DNA of 64,000 bases, taken from assembly GCA_043745805.1 (NCBI GenBank), contig JAYTSD010000008.1, positions 325,351-389,350 on the forward strand, in the 5' to 3' direction. The DNA is from Fibrobacteria bacterium (GTDB lineage Bacteria; Fibrobacterota; Fibrobacteria; UBA11236). The position numbers and the translations under genes are program-made. Position 1 is the first letter of the stretch; the number at the start of each line of letters is the position of its first letter. Below, piece after piece: positions 60,193 to 64,000 of this stretch. The notes below the pieces were generated by a model. The model saw only the letters and a program-made list of their open reading frames with translations, was not told the origin of the DNA and made no database searches.

Positions 60193-61110
60193 ATGCAGAA
60201 AATTAAAATCGATGATGTAGAATTAAGTCTTGCCCATCCCTTGCAAAATCATGTCGCGTGGATAGGACAAGTGGAACCGTTAACTCAATTATTAGCCTGT
60301 TGGCTTACGCTAAGCGAAGGCGATATGCCGCTTTGCCCGCGATTAGTGGGCCATCCCGGATTAGGCAAAACCACATTAGCTTTAGCCGCAGCCGCACAAA
60401 GAAAACAAGAGGCCTATGTTTTTCAATGCACAGCGGACACTCGTCCCGAGGATTTAATCATTACACCTGTACTTAGCGAAAATGGATCGATTAAATATCA
60501 AGCTTCGGCTTTAGTAACGGCTATGTTACGCGGGGGTGTAGTGATATTAGATGAAGGCAATCGTATGTCGGAAAAATCTTGGGCTTCACTCGCACCATTA
60601 CTTGATGATCGGAAATATGTAGAATCCATAGCCGCCGGCATTTCCATAAAAGCTCATGCTGATTTTCGTTGTGTAATCACCATGAATGAAGACGATTCCA
60701 CTTTTGAAATTCCCGATTATATTATGTCGCGTTTGCAACCTGCGATTGAATTGCCCTTTCCAAAAGCCGATGAAGAAATGCAAATTCTCAAATATAATTT
60801 GCCCACAGCACCCGAAGCCTTGCTAAAAATTTGCGTGGATTATTTACAACAAGCACATAATTTAGATTCACCCTATTCCCTGCGTGATGGTTTAAGCATG
60901 ATGCGTTATGCTCAAAAATTGAATACCCTGCGCCCAGCCACATGGGAAGCATTATTCCATCAAGCTATTTATCAAGTATTAGGCGATGAAGCGCAAAATT
61001 TGGAAGAGCTTTCCGAACGTCGCAAGCGTCAAGGTTTAACCATGCCCAATATGCAATTAGGAGATTTTTTCTTTGATGAAGAAGATCCTATGCACCCGGA
61101 TAACCTGTAA
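60193..61110 (+). CDS. MoxR/CbbQ-type AAA+ ATPase (AAA_5)
   Basis: Walker [15 protein letters not shown]-x-PEDL, Walker B ILDEGNR, sensor TMN, SLRD. Confidence 0.85.
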   Translation: MQKIKIDDVELSLAHPLQNHVAWIGQVEPLTQLLACWLTLSEGDMPLCPRLVGHPGLGKTTLALAAAAQRKQEAYVFQCTADTRPEDLIITPVLSENGSIKYQASALVTAMLRGGVVILDEGNRMSEKSWASLAPLLDDRKYVESIAAGISIKAHADFRCVITMNEDDSTFEIPDYIMSRLQPAIELPFPKADEEMQILKYNLPTAPEALLKICVDYLQQAHNLDSPYSLRDGLSMMRYAQKLNTLRPATWEALFHQAIYQVLGDEAQNLEELSERRKRQGLTMPNMQLGDFFFDEEDPMHPDNL

Positions 61111-61113
61111 ACT

Positions 61114-62991
61114 ATGGCTTTCACGCTTTCGCCTCAGATCACAGCTTTTCCTGCTCTACATGGCAAAGCAGTTTTTGCTATGCAATTACGCCAATTATTT
61201 TGGGCCAAGCGTTTTGACTGTGTGGCGATTGCCCTGCCAGCTTGCTTACAACAAGATTGTATTGAAGGCTTAGAAAAGCTGCCCTTTATTCATGCATTGA
61301 GCATTCATAGTGCCATGCGTTGCTATTTACCTTTTGATCCCTGCGATGCGTATATTGAAGCCATGCGGCAAGCCTCTCAGCGCAAAAGTGATTTACGTTT
61401 TTTGGAAGATCAGACCCTATTTACCTATTCGCAACATTTCGAATTTCCCGATACTTTACTGCTACAGAGCCAAGGTTTGGAAAATTATTATGGCCTATGC
61501 AAGCCGGCTCTAACCCTAGTGGCACCAGAAAGCCAACATCGCGCGCAAATTAATTATCGTCGGCTTAAAACCTTAGAAGCGCATTATCAAAATATTCTTT
61601 GGGTGGGTGATTTCACCGTCTTTTCCCAATTACAAATGCTTTTTGAAAACAATTCCATTTCCCAAATATTAGCAGAATCCTTGACCGAAGCCTATTCCGC
61701 AATACCGTCAAATTCCCTTTCCGAAAATTCCTGTGCAGAAGGTACAGAAGAGTTGGAAGAAACTCCTATGATACGTCTCTTGCCCGTTAAGCCTAAGCAT
61801 TTATATTTCGCTTTAGGAGAATTGCCTTTTTATGCGGGAGAAATGGAAAAGGAAAGGCAGAATGTTTTAGCCAGTCCGCGCGAGTATCTCGATTTAGTCA
61901 AACAGATTTTTATCGATACCCGTAATCAATACGTTACTGAAGGTGCCGAACAAATCTCCGTTAAAAAATTACAAACGGCATTAACTTTCTTGCGTAATTT
62001 AGCGGCTATGCAAAACCGTATTACTCCCGATCTCATGGATTTAATCACCGCTGCCAAAGGCGTATTTGGTCAAAACTTTGCCGTACGGGTTTTAGAAGCG
62101 GCGCGAGATTATCCTTTTATTGATATGGAAACATCAGTTCAAGCCTTAGAAATCGGTCGCACTCATATACAAGAGCCACAAGATGAAGAACCTGTGTCCG
62201 CTTTCAATTTATTTCAGGATGAAATTAAACATTGGAAAATTATTTCTCTGAAAAAAGAGCCAGATAAAAAACAACAGCAGGAATTTCGTTATGCTTGGGA
62301 TCCGCGTGGCATGTGTTCGCATACTCCCGAGGATGTAAAAATCGAAAATTTTAATCGCGTGGTACGCCGCCGCACCGTGGATTTGGTACAACAAGGCCAG
62401 TCCCGCATTGAAAAACTCACGAGTTCTTTAAAAGATGGTATTGATTTACGCGAAACCTTAAGGCATTGGCATAAGCGTTCGATTTATGTGAAAGATTCGC
62501 CGCCCACGCATAGTAAATTGGATACGGTTGTGATTATTTTTGACGAAAATCATGATGACAAATATCCTCAACATACAACTTGGTATGCCGAACATAAAGA
62601 AGAAAGCACTTTGACTTTTTATGCAACGGATCCTTTTGCCAAAATGATTGGACCAGGTATTACCGAATCACAATATGGTGGCTTAAGCTTGCTTTTTCCT
62701 CCACGCCCGATACAAGATGTATTCAAGCTTTTCCCGCCTAGCGAATTTCAAAGTCTCGCGGAACAATTACTGTATGGCGCTTTAATGCACAGCGATGAAA
62801 AAATAATTTCCTATGTCAGTGCGGAAAAACCCAATATGCGCAAAAGACAAATGGCTAAGCAATTTCGAAAAAAGTTAGCTTGGGTTCCCTTGCAAGCTTT
62901 TAGCGAAGAAACCCTGCGTCAATTAAGAAAATTCCATATACTTAATGGTAAAGAAGTTCGCTCTTGGGTAGGGCGATATTTGTCAGATTAA
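61114..62991 (+). CDS. Hypothetical protein, putative partner of the AAA ATPase
   Basis: 625 aa, 3 nt after the AAA gene; DCVAIALP, DPCD-x2-IEA, DGIDLRETLR, QYGG. Confidence 0.8.
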   Translation: MAFTLSPQITAFPALHGKAVFAMQLRQLFWAKRFDCVAIALPACLQQDCIEGLEKLPFIHALSIHSAMRCYLPFDPCDAYIEAMRQASQRKSDLRFLEDQTLFTYSQHFEFPDTLLLQSQGLENYYGLCKPALTLVAPESQHRAQINYRRLKTLEAHYQNILWVGDFTVFSQLQMLFENNSISQILAESLTEAYSAIPSNSLSENSCAEGTEELEETPMIRLLPVKPKHLYFALGELPFYAGEMEKERQNVLASPREYLDLVKQIFIDTRNQYVTEGAEQISVKKLQTALTFLRNLAAMQNRITPDLMDLITAAKGVFGQNFAVRVLEAARDYPFIDMETSVQALEIGRTHIQEPQDEEPVSAFNLFQDEIKHWKIISLKKEPDKKQQQEFRYAWDPRGMCSHTPEDVKIENFNRVVRRRTVDLVQQGQSRIEKLTSSLKDGIDLRETLRHWHKRSIYVKDSPPTHSKLDTVVIIFDENHDDKYPQHTTWYAEHKEESTLTFYATDPFAKMIGPGITESQYGGLSLLFPPRPIQDVFKLFPPSEFQSLAEQLLYGALMHSDEKIISYVSAEKPNMRKRQMAKQFRKKLAWVPLQAFSEETLRQLRKFHILNGKEVRSWVGRYLSD

Positions 62992-63006
62992 AATACGGAG
63001 TAACCA

Positions 63007-63801
63007 ACGAATTCTAAATTACCGATTGTACTGACTATTGCAGGCTCCGATCCCAGTGGTGGCGCTGGATTGGAAGGCGATCTTAAAACATTACATCAGC
63101 ATGGCGTTTATGGCATGGCCATTCCTACTTTACTTACGGTGCAAAATACCACGGGTGTTAAAAATGTGCAGCATTTGTCAGGCGATTTTTTAGAAGCGCA
63201 ATTTCAGTTTTTATTAGAAGATTTAATTCCCGACGTAATTAAAATTGGGGCAATAGGAAGTAGACAAATATTACAAACCTTAGTGCGCTTGCTCTCACAA
63301 TCGGCTTTAAAAAAAACACCCCTCATCTTAGATCCAGTGCTCATTTCTACTTCGGGATTAAGCCTATTCGACATGCGCGGCTTGTCGGACCTTATCGATA
63401 GATTGTTACCCTTGGCAACTTTAATCACCCCAAATATACCCGAATTCGAATTACTTTCAGGTAAACAAATCACACCTGAAAATGCCGTGTCTATTTTGCG
63501 TCATTATGCGCAAGGAAAAAACTTTTCTGTTTTGCTAAAGGGCGGTCATGCTGCAGGCGCCCCCATCGATTATTTGTTTCATGAAAACTTAATCACTAAT
63601 TTGCCCGTAACACGTATTGCAACACGTCACACCCATGGTACAGGCTGTGCTTTAGCCACGGCGATTGCCGCAAACTTGGCTTTAGGTTTTGAATTACTAG
63701 ATGCAGTTAAAAAAGCCCAAAGCTATGTACATCGGGCTATTGCTAGTAATCCAGGATTGGGTGAAGGGCAAGGGCCACTTAATTTGTGGGCGGAACCTTA
63801 A
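63007..63801 (+). CDS. thiD: Hydroxymethylpyrimidine/phosphomethylpyrimidine kinase
   Basis: In-frame VLTIAGSDPSGGAG lies upstream of the ORF-track start; KIG, DPV, TPN-x-PE, KGGH, THGTGC. Apparent ACG start at 63007. Confidence 0.92.
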   Translation, partial: TNSKLPIVLTIAGSDPSGGAGLEGDLKTLHQHGVYGMAIPTLLTVQNTTGVKNVQHLSGDFLEAQFQFLLEDLIPDVIKIGAIGSRQILQTLVRLLSQSALKKTPLILDPVLISTSGLSLFDMRGLSDLIDRLLPLATLITPNIPEFELLSGKQITPENAVSILRHYAQGKNFSVLLKGGHAAGAPIDYLFHENLITNLPVTRIATRHTHGTGCALATAIAANLALGFELLDAVKKAQSYVHRAIASNPGLGEGQGPLNLWAEP

Positions 63802-63902
63802 AGGTTTAAACCGCATTAGCGCTATGAAAAAATAAACAAAGATTATCCGAGGGTTCATCGCTGCGCAGTTTGAGGCAATTATTTAAACACCTTTAAAGCT
63901 TC

Positions 63903-64000
63903 TGCTCTTATCGGCTTAAATTCGAACCAGCTATGCTGCTAATTTAAGTTTAAAAAAATCATTTGGCGACATCATTCCTAATCCCGAATGTGGCGCATAG
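63903..64000 (-). mobile_element. Right end of an IS3-family-like insertion sequence (transposase C-terminus and terminal repeat)
   Basis: Minus frame 63999-63931 reads YAPHSGLGMMSPNDFFKLKLAA*, followed by 28 nt ending in CA (TG at 63903 on the plus strand). Confidence 0.6.

Noticed and set aside
1-64000. CRISPR array, rRNA, prophage, TPP riboswitch before thiD
   Set aside because: No repeat-spacer array, rRNA or phage genes seen; only 15 nt separate thiD from the upstream gene

Overview
A gene-dense, AT-rich bacterial chromosome segment of mostly core genes. Fibrobacterota or a related FCB-group lineage is likely; this is an inference from T9SS-like C-terminal domains, a SecA insertion and gene content. 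In order, the window holds: gph-miaB-SPOR, tRNA-Leu(CAA), panD, rsfS and argS; an unannotated 28-aa lysine-rich histone-H1-like microprotein gene with its own promoter, SD and terminator; and a ~21-kb minus-strand cluster (lptC-lptA-lptB-rpoN-hpf-hprK-mlaD-GH57-ptsH-ptsI-slt-DUF4159-DUF4175-mlaE-glnD). Next come MATE, a thioesterase, argA, a YbiB-like gene and AI-2E; two tandem paralogous secreted di-CxxCH cytochrome-c-like proteins with T9SS-like tails; and ctpA-tmk-secA. A flagellar operon behind a sigma54 promoter (flgB-flgC-orf-fliEFGHIJ) ends in a 1524-aa secreted Ig-like protein. The last part has GT9, LOG, an esterase, an uncharacterised MoxR-type AAA plus partner, thiD with an apparent ACG start, and the 3' end of an IS3-like transposase at the right edge. 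All calls come from motif recognition by eye; no database searches were run.
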